Assembly (NCBI RefSeq): GCF_009914755.1
Contig: NC_060927.1
Length of the DNA stretch: 64,000 nucleotides
Source of the DNA: the human T2T-CHM13v2.0 reference genome, Homo sapiens
Reading direction: 5' to 3' (one strand)
Part shown: positions 13,976 through 25,381 of the stretch, piece after piece
Numbering within the stretch: position 1 is the first letter of the stretch
Layout of the letters: each line of letters begins with the position of its first letter
The notes under the pieces: model-generated
Database searches by the model: none
What the model saw: the letters and a program-made list of their open reading frames with translations, nothing else
Told to the model about the DNA's origin: nothing
Made by a program: the position numbers and the translations under genes

Positions 13976-15681
13976 TGTTTGTCGTTTTCTCCCCATGTCT
14001 CGGTTGATCTGAACCAACCACTCCATAAAATTCTAAGGTAGGAAAGACTCATCTACTAGCTTCCCACCCTAAAGCCCCTCCCAGAAAAATACCTGTAGTA
14101 ATGCCTATAGTGCTGGGTGTAAACGTTAAGGGTGATTGGCAAAAAAGACATAGATCAGGAGTACGACCGGGAAGTTGGCTTAGTTGCAGCCGTTTTATTT
14201 AAGGAGTATAATTCATATTCGGAATGGAATCTCCAGCAAATGTAGTCTTTTAATATGACAAACAGTTAAGTACCTTCCCATGTTAGACACATGCCTGGAA
14301 TGAGAGTGAGAGGGACATAAAATATAAAGGGGTGTGTGTCTGTGCCTGGGTTCATGACCAAACCTCGACATTTGCCCTCTATGATCTAATTTCCTTCATT
14401 GACAACCAGGGTGCCCTGTGTGCCAGCAAGTGGCTCTGCCAGCTGTATTTTACAGACAGAGAATCCCAAGCACCAAAATAACAAAGTTGATTCCCCCATC
14501 CAGACCAGAGGGGTCGTTTCCAGTCCTGTGTCCTGACCACTGTCTCTCATCATGACCCCTGGTGTTCACCTCCAGATCCAAAGTGTCGTCGCCAAGCCCC
14601 CAAAATAAAGGAATGACAAACAGCCCTCCCAGGCCCTCCTCCCCACAGAGAGGTCATCGTATGCTAATGAAGTCCGAGGAGGCAGCGGCGCAGCGCGGGA
14701 GAGCGCGCCCACGGGTTCACAGCGCTCCCGGGCACCACTGCGGCGCAGCCACAGATCGCTTCGCGCTGCAGCAGACGCTCCCGCCGCGGGGGGCGACTGG
14801 GGGAGGGGTCTCGACCGCCACCCTGAGTTCCGCAGCTCATCCCTCCCATCTGGGAGGTGGTTCTAGCTCTAGTCCCAAGCTTTCCACTGCAGTGATGGTG
14901 GGGATGGGGGCAGCACGTCAAATCACCTGTAGGGCTTTTTAGAACTCCACAGCCCCCTCCCCTAATTCTATTCCACTAGTTCAAACGAAGAAAATCTCAG
15001 ACTAGGCAAGGGGAGGTGGACCGGTGGAGTCTGCGAAAGCACCACAGGTGACTCCGGGTACGCACTCCTCAGGACACAAGCACACACACGGACACATCTT
15101 GTGACTCTGAGACTACACAGATCAACCTCAGATTCGACCCTTCCCTCCTTTATTCTCTGAGGTGTCCGTGTTCGCTTCAGCTTCCCTTTAAGTCGCCCTG
15201 CGCAGGGACTTTGTGGAGTGCCCCCAAAGTCCTAGAACCCCGCGGGACGGTCGGAGGCTTTGGCGGCCAGACATTAGGAAAAGCATCTCCTGCTTCTCGG
15301 ACTGCCTGGAGCGCGAACTGGATATCAAGGAGCCAAGGTTAAGTCCAGAAGAAGAAGGAAATCCGACCAGTTGCTTTAGCAAACTGCCTGGAGCAAGGCC
15401 GCCTCCCACCCGCACAGCTTTGAGGCTTGAGGGGGCCTCTCAGTCGCAGAGAGAGCCGAGCCCCACCCTGTGCGTTCCCCAAGCCTGCACCCCTCGAGCG
15501 GGGCATCCCTTCCTGCAGGGCTTTGTGGCAGGTGGAACTGTCGGGGTGGGCGCCGTGGCTTTGGCTGCATCCCCTTCCCTGGCCGCGGGACCGGCTCCCG
15601 CTTTGCCCTCCTTTACCAAGTTGCTGCACCGGGTGCTCCCTGAGCCGGGGACCCCCTCCGCCGCGCCGGCCGCCGTCTTAC

Positions 15682-16040
15682 CTCACCAGGCAACACTTGG
15701 TTGCGCGGTGGCCCGGGGCGCTCCTTCTTCGCGGTTTATTCCCTTACTTGGGAGGAAAGAGGAACCGAGAGACAGAAGGGGGACCGAAGCTGGCCTCTGG
15801 GCGTCTTCCCGCCTGCGCAGCCCTCTCGGGGGAGGGGGATGCAGCCCCAGTGGGTGCCGCGGAGACCAGGCTGCCAGGCTGTGGTTGGTAGCGCCGGGGT
15901 CTTCACCCTGTGCTCGGAGTTCAGCAGCTCCAAAGCCGTCTATCTCCGTGGCCCGCTACTACGGCACTGCGGCTCTGTGCCCTGCCCCTCGCAGCCTGGC
16001 AAGTCCAGCTGCCACTCTCACTGCGGAGCCCTGCCCCCGG
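15682..16040 (-). other. Putative non-coding first exon (5' UTR) of an unidentified minus-strand gene
   Basis: Strong donor GAG|GTAAGA (intron starts at 15681) inside the CpG island, downstream of the GC box; no ATG on the minus strand in this interval; TSS position is an estimate. Confidence 0.65.
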
Positions 16041-16059
16041 GCGCAGAGCCCGCCCCCGC

Positions 16060-16140
16060 CACACACACCGGCGCGCGCGCGTACACACACGGCACACACA
16101 GACACGCGCTTCCACACATGCACACGCGTGCGCACACACG
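16060..16140. repeat. Alternating purine-pyrimidine (CA/CG)n tract in the proximal promoter
   Basis: cacacacaccggcgcgcgcgcgtacacacac...cacacgcgtgcgcacacacg. Confidence 0.9.
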
Positions 16141-17729
16141 AATGTGGATCCGCTCGATGGGAACCTGACCCCCTTTGGTGCAACTAGGGCGCGGGCATCA
16201 TTAGGACGCTTTTTACTGACAGGGCTTCGGTTTGGGAGGAGGAGTTACAGGCTTAGGAGTGTGGAGAGGATGCAACAGTGGTGGGTACCAGAGGGCCCCT
16301 GACCCCGGAGGCAAAGGACAACTGTTTGACAAATAAATACCGACTGGGCGTTTCCTTTTCTCAACTCTGGTCAAGGCTACCGTAATATCCCGACCAAATC
16401 GAAGAAAAAATAAAAATACAAAATCAACAAGTTCTCTTTGTTTCCCAGGAACTCAGTATCTCTAGGATCCAAATCACTAGCCCTGTCCAGAGGGTCATTT
16501 CTGACAACCTTGACTTCGGTGGCAGTGGATTGGTGGCAGTTCAACTCGAAAAGGTTTTCCCCTCGTAGCCTGGTGGAGACTGGCACAGCCTGCCTGAGCT
16601 GGACTCTGTTGGATGGGTCGGGTCTCTGGGTGTGTTTAATTCCCATTCTCCTTTGCTTTTAGGTGACCTTGGACTGTATTCCTGCAGAATAAATAGATCT
16701 CTTCTTTTTTTAAAATGTAGAAGAGCACAGAAAAGACGCTGGGTTGAGGGGTCGGGGGGAATAGGGGAGCTACATTAGCCAAGGCACTATGACTTGTTGC
16801 TTCTCTTTCCATGACGTGCATGTCCACGTGAGGGGGTGATGGTGGTGGTGACACTATTTCAGGCATGTCACACAGCAAGATGACTGCTGTCCATTTCACA
16901 CCACATTTAGAGTCATTAGGAGTTTAGACTGTCATCTTTAAAATATGTGGAGTTTACTCATTTCCACAGCCGAGAATTCTTTTCTGCCAGTGGGCAGTGA
17001 AGGTCCCCGGGCCAGCACTGCAGCCAAGAAAAGCTTTCCGCAGAGTGTGGAGGCGCCGAGGGGCTCTGGGTGTCTGTGCATTTGGGGAAGAAGCCTCAAA
17101 CACGAATGTCAAACAGCCCTGAGGACCCTGTTGGGTGGTGTCCATACTAGGCTATCTGCAGGCAGGCTGGTGAGACAGATGAGAAACAGAGCTGAGAGAT
17201 CTCCTTAAGATTCCACACAGTGATGAAGACAGAGCTGATACCAGAACCCCGTGTTTGCGACTCCTCTTATCCTCTGGGTCTTATCCATTCTATCACCCTG
17301 GGTGGCTTCTCAAAGTTTCCTTCAGCTAGGCTGAAATAATCTTGGTGAGGGTGCCTTCAAAGTTCTTCCTTGTCCTTTCTTTTTTTCCTCTTCAGTCACT
17401 GACTCATTCATTTTACAGCTATTTATTAAACTCCTACTCTGTCTTCAGGTGCTTCCCCGTAACTCCAGTCCTGGGCCTTACTTGGGAGGAAAGAAGAACT
17501 GAGAGACAGAAAGGGCTTAGAACTGTCCTCATCCCTGGAAGAGAGGAGCCCTGAGCACAGGTTTCTGGTATATATTTTCACTCTGCTAGGTTGCATGGAT
17601 GTGGAAGACACAATCCTTGCTTTTTTTGACTGCATGCTCAATGGAGGAAAATGCACATACATGTCACAAGAAAAACATTCTGGCTGTCTATTCTTGACTC
17701 CTTCTAAAGAAGGCTAAACTGAAGGAGAC

Positions 17730-18075
17730 CCTGTGTTTGGCTGAGCATCATAATGGACTTGGGGTACATGTTTGCAAATAGGTGTTAGGACAACATTGAG
17801 TTGCTCTGCCTATTAGGACAGGAAGGAAATAAATTGAATGGAACAAATGAAGAAGACATGCAGAGACTGAGTGTGGAGCCTTAGCTTCGTTGAGAGCACA
17901 TTGGGGAAGGGTAACGAGAGGGGAGGAGCTCTGAGGACAGGGTTGCCAAGCAACTTGCCTGAGAACAGGCAACAGGGTTGCCAAGTTGTCCAGGGATTTG
18001 GACAGGGGAGATGCTTGCAAAGATTGGTAAGTAGTTTGCTGTGGGGTGGGCTATGAAAGCCCCCGGTCCTATGAA
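17730..18075. mobile_element. Possible old ERVL LTR fragment (LTR33/LTR16-like)
   Basis: Composition and phrases (gggttgccaag twice) recall old ERVL LTRs; no clean termini. Confidence 0.3.
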
Positions 18076-18889
18076 AGAAATCATTTGTAAAGTCAGTATT
18101 GTTCATCGGTTTGCTTGCAAATGGATTCCTTTAGGATCAGGATGGAGCCAAATGATGCATCTGAGTTGCTGCAGAAGGAGTTCAGAGAAGGCTGTGTGGA
18201 CTGAGTTACATGCTAATAACATGGAGGAAAAGGGTGGTAGTAGAGGCTGAAGCAATGTGGAAGGCAAAGAGGGATGGGGCGGGAAGAAGCACCAAGAACA
18301 ATTAGTGCTAATGGAGGCATCATGGAGGAGGTAGGGTTTGCGATCGGATTTTAAAGGGGAATAGAGATCTCACTTAAAGATCAACAGGACAAGGGCAATC
18401 TAGGCTGGGAGAAAGCAAAAGCAGAGACGTAGGACAATTCATGGTGAGTTCTGGGTCTTCCCAGCACAAGAAAAGAAGGCTGGGACAGTATTGTGGGAGT
18501 CTCCAAATGCTCTTCTGGGAGCATAGACTTGGGTTCCACAGTGAGGAGCTATGGCAGGTGTGGATTTTTTGTTGTTTGTTTTTGATGGGAAATGAGCTGG
18601 GAAGCAAGCTGGGAAGTATCTGATGCCAGCTTTCCCAAGGTAGGCCTTCCCCATCAGAATGGAGCACTGTGGGGAGGGAGTCCTTGTTGCTGCTCTCACG
18701 AAGAGCCAGAGCCCAGGTGGCTTATGTGGCTTGCTGCAGAGGGCACCCAGCTAAGGGGCTGAAATCCAACTCATGCCCCACTTGCCCAGCCACACAACCT
18801 GTTAGGGTTATGTCTGCCTGGAGGGAGGGATGCCTTTTCTCTAATTTGCATGGGCTGACAGAGGCCCTGCAACTGAGCTCTTTATTTGA

Positions 18890-19260
18890 AAAGGCTGAAG
18901 CTACGGTGAAACAAGTGAGGATTTATTGGGCATTTGCTGTATGTGCAAACATAAGGTAAAGCAGAAAGAGTCTTGAGGTCAGGACTATCTGTGAGTCTGA
19001 GCATGTCTCTGCTCTGTGGTGACACCCTGAGACTTACTGTAGGGTACAGAGGAGGAAGCTTAGTGCCTCTCCTCAAAGATTTTGCAATCCATGTCAGTTA
19101 TAAAACAAACGCTCCACTGGTTAAGAAACAGTGAACGACAGTATGGAATCAAGTGCCAAATTGCACAGGGCAGATTCTCAGGGCTTGAGAAAGGAGACCT
19201 CCTCTGGGCTGAAAGAGTCAAGGCAGGCTTCATGGAGGAGGAGGGCTGGGTTTGGCAGTG
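18890..19260 (-). mobile_element. L2 fragment
   Basis: atttattgggcatttgctgtatgtg...agtcaaggcaggcttcatggaggaggag. Confidence 0.55.
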
Positions 19261-21429
19261 GAGCATGTGTATGTTGGTTCTCAGCCAGAGAAAAGACCTG
19301 CGAACAAAAAGCCAGAGGAAACGAAGCTGGGGGCTTCTAAGCATGGATTTTTAGCCGCCACAGCCACCCTAATGCCATTCCCAATTGTAGCCCAAGCGCT
19401 GTGATGAGTCACCCTTGTTTCTGAGAGACGGGGCATTTTTGGATGTTTAACTGGTTCAACACTTTACATTCCCTGAGACTTCAATGTTGGCAGCTCACAC
19501 TCACCATGTTGCTCTGGGAACACATCATCCAAGCCAGCAGCTGATGCCTGATCTCCACTGCCAAGGCAAAGCGAGGGCTGAGTCAGGTACCTGTGTCTGG
19601 AAATTTTTAGTCCCACTGTCTCTGACAAGCTGAGCGAACAGCACTTGACAGTTGGAGCACAGCTGAGTTCAGGGTCACCAACCGCAAGGTGGGCCGGGGG
19701 GGTTCTGCTCGCCTTCTTAGGCCTCACTTTTCCCATGTACAGAACACAAAGGATTATACCAGATTATCTCCAAGCTGTCTTCCACCTAATATTTTATGAT
19801 CTCATAATTAATGGAATCTTTCCATGTTATCAAGCAATGACAGGATGGGAACAGATACTAGCCAAGTCCGAACCTTAACTTTCCTCTTGGTTTTGACTGT
19901 GAAGGCTGTGGTGGAGTGAGACTGTGGGTTGGAAACAGGAGAACCAGGAGCTCCTGGTCACAGTTTTGCCATGAATGGGATTTGGGATCCAGCCCTGGGA
20001 ATGTAGGCAGGAGATTCCCTCATTTTAGTTTTCTTAGAAAATAAGGAGGCTGGAAATGGTCCCTACAACCCTTTCTGGCACTGATACTCTGTTAAGTACT
20101 AGCAACTGAACAACTTTTAAGTACCGCCCCCTTGCCTGGGTGGGGCCCTCCACAAGGCAAGCTGGGAAAATTCTCACAATATCAACTGATAAGCTTGAAG
20201 GAAAGCACAAAGGAGAAGCCATGGGGTTCAGAATAATAAATAGATAATTTAGAATTAGATGGAGTCAAAAGAGCTAATCTGAGTCTCTAAGCTCCAATTT
20301 CCTCTTCTGCAAAGTGGGGATAGTAATACATGCATCTCAAGGTAATGATTAAATGAAGAAGCTTATTTGAAAGTGTTTTAGAAGTGCTATGCAAAAATGT
20401 AAAATACAGTTATTGAAGATAGTCTGTTCCCTTAAGGTAGTCTATTTTTTAAAGCCTAGTTATTATACTACTTGCTAATGTGTCTGCTTCCTAAGAAACA
20501 GCAATTCAGGTCAGCAACTCTTTATACACCACATTAAAATATAGTAATATTTTAACATGAAAGATGCTGGTGGACTTCAGGACTACCAGAGTGCACATCT
20601 GCCCCCTGCCTGGAATTCTACAGTGTCACTGGAGTTGCCCACAGTGGATTTCCCAGGAACTTTGATTGTGTTTACTTGACAGTGAAGGAGACACCTACCC
20701 ATCCAAGATCCTGCTTTGATGCTTGCCTATCCGGAGACAGATGGTGGAAAGAGGGGAAGGAGGCGTGAGTGAGTAGGGAGAAAAAAGGAGGCTTTCTTCT
20801 TTCTGTTATATTTTGGGCAAAGGATGTTAAACTTTATGCTTTAATGAGCTTGTAAAAAGGCTAATTTGGGTTCACTACATTACTCCAGGTCTGTTTTCTG
20901 CTATGTCTGGTCAAGAGACACCGCCGTGGAACTCTTCACTGTTGTCCCTGGAGGGGAAGCTTTTCACAGGAAACGCTGGGAAGAGCCACAGAGGGGAAAA
21001 GGTTCTAACTCCCTAAATGACCATTTGCTTCAAAGCCTGCCCAGCCCGCAAAACTTTTGAAAAGATCAGTCTAGTTTTAGAAATCCTGGTCACTTCTTTA
21101 TCTCCTGTTAACCAATTTGGGGGGACAAAATGTCACAACATGTTAGCAATTGAGGGAGCCCCAAGTGCCAGCACTTCTCTCATCTGTTCTTCTCATTTGC
21201 TGCTGCCAGAGTAACTTCTGAGAGTTTAGACCCCAAAGCCCCCTCTCTTTGTTCAAAAGCCTTCAAAGCCTCAGATCCCTCATCCTTAAAAGGGACATAA
21301 TAATACTTAGGCATAGGCTTTTATGGAAGATAGAAGAAATATTTATGAACAGTCTACAATAGGATTGGTCACATAGTAGGTTCTGGATGAATGGAATTAT
21401 TGTTATTACTGCCTTAAATAGAGAGAAAT

Positions 21430-21890
21430 AGAGAGTCCCTAAAATGGCATTCAGGGCCCTCCACGAAGTGGTCCCAGGTCACTCATCCACTTGCACGTCC
21501 GGTAAGCTTTTCGAGGACATGGTGTGCACGCTGCCCGGCTTTGTCTTCCCAACACACCTTGCACCTGCCCCTCCCTGTCCTGCTCAGGCTACTCCCACGG
21601 CTGGGAGAACTGCCTTTTTTCTCTCTCTTGCTCCTTCTATAGTGCCTTTTAAATCCACTCAGCTGAAGTTAATTATTCTCTCTCCCGTACTTCCATTGAA
21701 ACTTGTTTATAATTTATTCCAGTACTTACAACAGACTGCCTTGTATTATGATTACTTGTATATGCTTCATACCCGTTGTCCATCCCCAATCCATGGAACA
21801 GCAATTTATCCTCCTTAGACTACATCTTAATTGTTTTTCTATCACCCACAGAGTATTGCACATAGTAGGCGATCAATCATATGAAACTGA
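21430..21890 (+). mobile_element. L2 3' fragment
   Basis: atggcattcagggccctcca...cacagagtattgcacatagtaggcgatcaatcatatg. Confidence 0.55.
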
Positions 21891-22839
21891 ATATAAAGAA
21901 GACAACTACATGTCCCTGTTGTCTCTGAGATTCTACAATTACAGGAAGGCTTATTCTCATTTTCAAATCTTGCTAAAGAGCTTCCTCTCACTGAGCACCT
22001 ATCATGAGCCAGGCACTATGCAGACTTGGAGGTTAACCCTCCCAAAAGCCCTGTGAGGAGAGAATCGTCATCCTCACTTTACACAGAGGCGGATGGCTGG
22101 GATCTCCCAGCCTGTACGTGGTGGAGGCAGCATTAGAAACCAGAAGCCACAGTGTGCTGTGAGCTTCCTCTAAGAGAGCTTCTCTCACAGTGAACTTGCC
22201 TTAATTTTCATTCTACAGCACTTGTCAACCAACTGAACTGTATTCTATAAAACTGGCTTATTGTTGCTTGGCTATATATTTTTTGTCTTTGTCTTGATTC
22301 TCCAAGTATATTTTAATATAGTTGTAGGGAAACATGATAATAGAAATAAATAAACATGTATTAAGCATTTATAATGTTTTTAGCACTTTATACACACACA
22401 TCCTATGAAGACGTTATTAACCCCATCCCATGGGGAGTTTCACTGGGGTAGCTGCTGCTAGCAGGAAGTTACTACCTGGGAGAGCAGTACTCACGGAAGA
22501 GACTATTTTTCCACCCTACAAAAATTTTTCTTTCAACCACCAGCATGCCAGCTGCATCTCAGCTCAGCCCTCAATGTTTGCTGAATGAGTGATGGGATCT
22601 CTTTTATCTCTCACCTATGCTGTTTACCCTGAATCCCTGACTCTATACATAGCCTGTGGAGTGACAGGTCCTTACTTGCCCTCTCCTCCCACTGGAGAAG
22701 GAATCGGGAGAATGAGAGAGGAGGCATGGTTCTGTACCAAACAGACAGAGGCAGTCTCAGGAGATGAGCCTTCAGCCCACGTAGAAGTGATGTGGCATCT
22801 CTTCTGGGCTAGCAGTTCTCTAGACGTGGTCCTCTCATC

Positions 22840-22990
22840 AGTTGGGTCAGACTTTCCCAAGTGCTTGTTAAAATGCATATTCCTGGGCTCTACCCTGACC
22901 CACCGAATGTGCCTCCCTAGAGGGAGAGACTAGAAATCTACATTTTGAACAAGGCCTGCAGGTGATTCCTCCAGGCCCTGGAGTCTGAGC
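22840..22990. mobile_element. MER5A-like DNA transposon fragment
   Basis: gcttgttaaaatgcatattcctgggc...aaatctacattttgaacaag...caggtgattc. Confidence 0.7.
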
Positions 22991-23871
22991 AGGACAGCCT
23001 GGTCTAAGCATCTCCTCAGCAGCTGCTGCAAAGACAACGTGCATTTTTTCTCAGGTATCAGCATTCATATAAATAAAAAAGAAACCATTTAAAATTTCAT
23101 TTTATTGCTTCCAAGGATTGCCCGTTGTCCAAAGGTTACAGGGTAGTTTGACACATTCCATATGTCTATTTTATGATGTGTAAAAGAAAAGAGTGGTTCC
23201 ATAGCATAGCTTTAGTGCTTCCTATTATTTTCCTTTGCAAATCTCTCGAGTTGGAGCTGTGTTGTCAGTTACTCTTCTGAACACAGTTCTATGAGAAAGT
23301 GTATTCTGAATTTCAAACAACAATTTCATAAATAGATTTTCAGAATACAGCATGTTCCTACGTAGGGAACTGCCTGTATTTTAAAGTTTTTGTGGTTATT
23401 TGTTCCTGAGAAAAAGATTTTTACAATTGGCCCTAGAAGGATGTAGACTGGGGGGGCTCTGAACTTTTCCAAATCACCGTCTCACAGATCTCTGGCTAGC
23501 GTCATCGCTTACTTTATTCCGTAAATAATTTCTAGGTGTTTCTGGGAGGTTTGCCAATTGGGGATATATAAATTAGAGGTATAGAAAGTACTCTTTTTTC
23601 CCCTCTCATTTGTGAATTTGTTCATTAACAAATGCTTCTTGGGCACTTCCAGGGAGTAGATGCTGTGCTAGACACGAGATTCAGACAGGGGTGTTGCTTT
23701 CTGTCTCTGAGAGGTTCATGGTGGAGCAAAAATTATAGACCACACAGGGGAGAAGTTGGTGGTAAGAAGATGCAGTGGGATTAAAGGCCTAAAGAAGAGA
23801 GAGTTGAACAGTCTGTGGAGGGAGAATAAAAGAGGAGTCTCAAACATCTACCAGGAATTCTGTTGATTAAT

Positions 23872-24155
23872 TGTTTGAGATGGGGGTCTGGCTCTGTCTG
23901 CCAGGCTGGAGTGCAGTGGTGTGATCATAGTTCACTGCAGCCTTGACTGCCTCCAGCATCAGCCTTCCGAGTGGCTGGGACCACAGGTGTGCACCACCAT
24001 GCCTGGTTATTATTTTTGTTTGTTTATTTTTATTTTTGTAGAGATGAGGTCTCGTTGTGTTGCCCAGGCTGGTCTTGAACTCTCGGGCTCAAGTGATCCT
24101 CCCGCCTTGGCCTTTCAAAGTGCTGAGATTACAGGCATGAACTATCGCACCTGGC
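23872..24155 (-). mobile_element. Alu (AluJ-like, internal deletion)
   Basis: gagatgggggtctggctctg...gtgatcatagttcactgcagccttga...gggctcaagtgatcctcc. Confidence 0.92.
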
Positions 24156-24521
24156 TTTGCTTTGTATAATGAGAGAAAACAATGTGGACTGTAACCTCTA
24201 CTACTTTGAATGTTCCCAACCTCTGCTGGGCTAGGGATTGCACAAGTGGAGTTCCCTCAATATTTGTGGCAGTAGCAAAAATTCCTTTCCCTGTGTTAGG
24301 GTGTAGAGGCAGGGGAAATAGACTAGGGTGATGTTTCAAGTGGGTGATGGGCAGAGGATGCTAACTGAAAAGTAGCAGACAGAGACGACCCTGATTTCTA
24401 TAGACTTGTAGGAGGTAGGAACTCTATTTCTTCAGAGACTCTAAACCTACTTCCTTGCCACTTCCTCCTTTTGGTCCTGGTTTTGTCCACTGATATCCAG
24501 AAGAATAAATCCTATTCTTAA

Positions 24522-24770
<249 letters not shown>

Positions 24771-25215
24771 TCAACTCTTTTTTTTGCAGGGGGTCTTTGC
24801 AGATGTGTGATGGCAGCTTCCGTGCTTCCCCCGCCCTCCCCTCCCACTGAACATTCACTCATTCATTCCAACATCCAGTCAATAAACATTTATTTATTTA
24901 CATGCCTGCTTTTCCAGGAACTGCGTCAGGTGTGGGAGAATGGAAATGAAAACGGGGCCCTGTGTTTATATGGGAGGACTGGCATGTGGACACATGGTGA
25001 CACCATGGCCTCACAAGTGATCTACAAGAGAGGAGCACAAGGGGTCCAAAAAGGTGGGTAGGGGGACTTCTCAGGGACAGATGATGGTGCCCCATCTGTG
25101 TCCTGAAGTCTATTCAAGGCCTTCCATCTGCCCTTGTGTGACATGGCGGCACCCACTGACAACCGCAGGCAGTGGAGGTCCCAGGGGCCTACCAAGTAGT
25201 GGGCTGGAGGCAGAG

Positions 25216-25381
25216 GTGCTCATCTCTTCCCAATTCTGCATCCAGTGACATCTGGTGCTAGTTTCAAGCCAGCCATGGTGGGAGTATTTAAGCCATAGCA
25301 ATCTGCAAATGCTATAAATCAGGACTCTCTTTCTCCCACCCCCATCATACCTGATTGTCAAATATTTACTAGTACAGCATA
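25216..25381 (+). mobile_element. MER63-like hAT-Blackjack DNA transposon fragment
   Basis: catctcttcccaattctgcatccagtgacatc...ccatggtgggagtattta...gcaaatgctataaatcagg. Confidence 0.7.

Larger units (their letters stand above)
14650..16320. promoter_or_regulatory. CpG island / promoter region
   Basis: The only extended GC-rich, CpG-dense, transposon-free stretch in the window; GC box and EGR-type motif cccgcccccgcc at 16049-16060. Confidence 0.92.

Noticed and set aside
15213-16187. 324-aa ORF and several overlapping ORFs in the CpG island
   Set aside because: GTG start, Ala/Pro/Arg/Gly bias and open frames on both strands are expected in GC-rich DNA. No recognisable protein.
14650-16320. 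Assigning a gene symbol to the CpG-island promoter
   Set aside because: Only non-coding sequence is present and I do not reliably recognise it. BLAT of 15682-16040 against the human genome and RefSeq would settle it.
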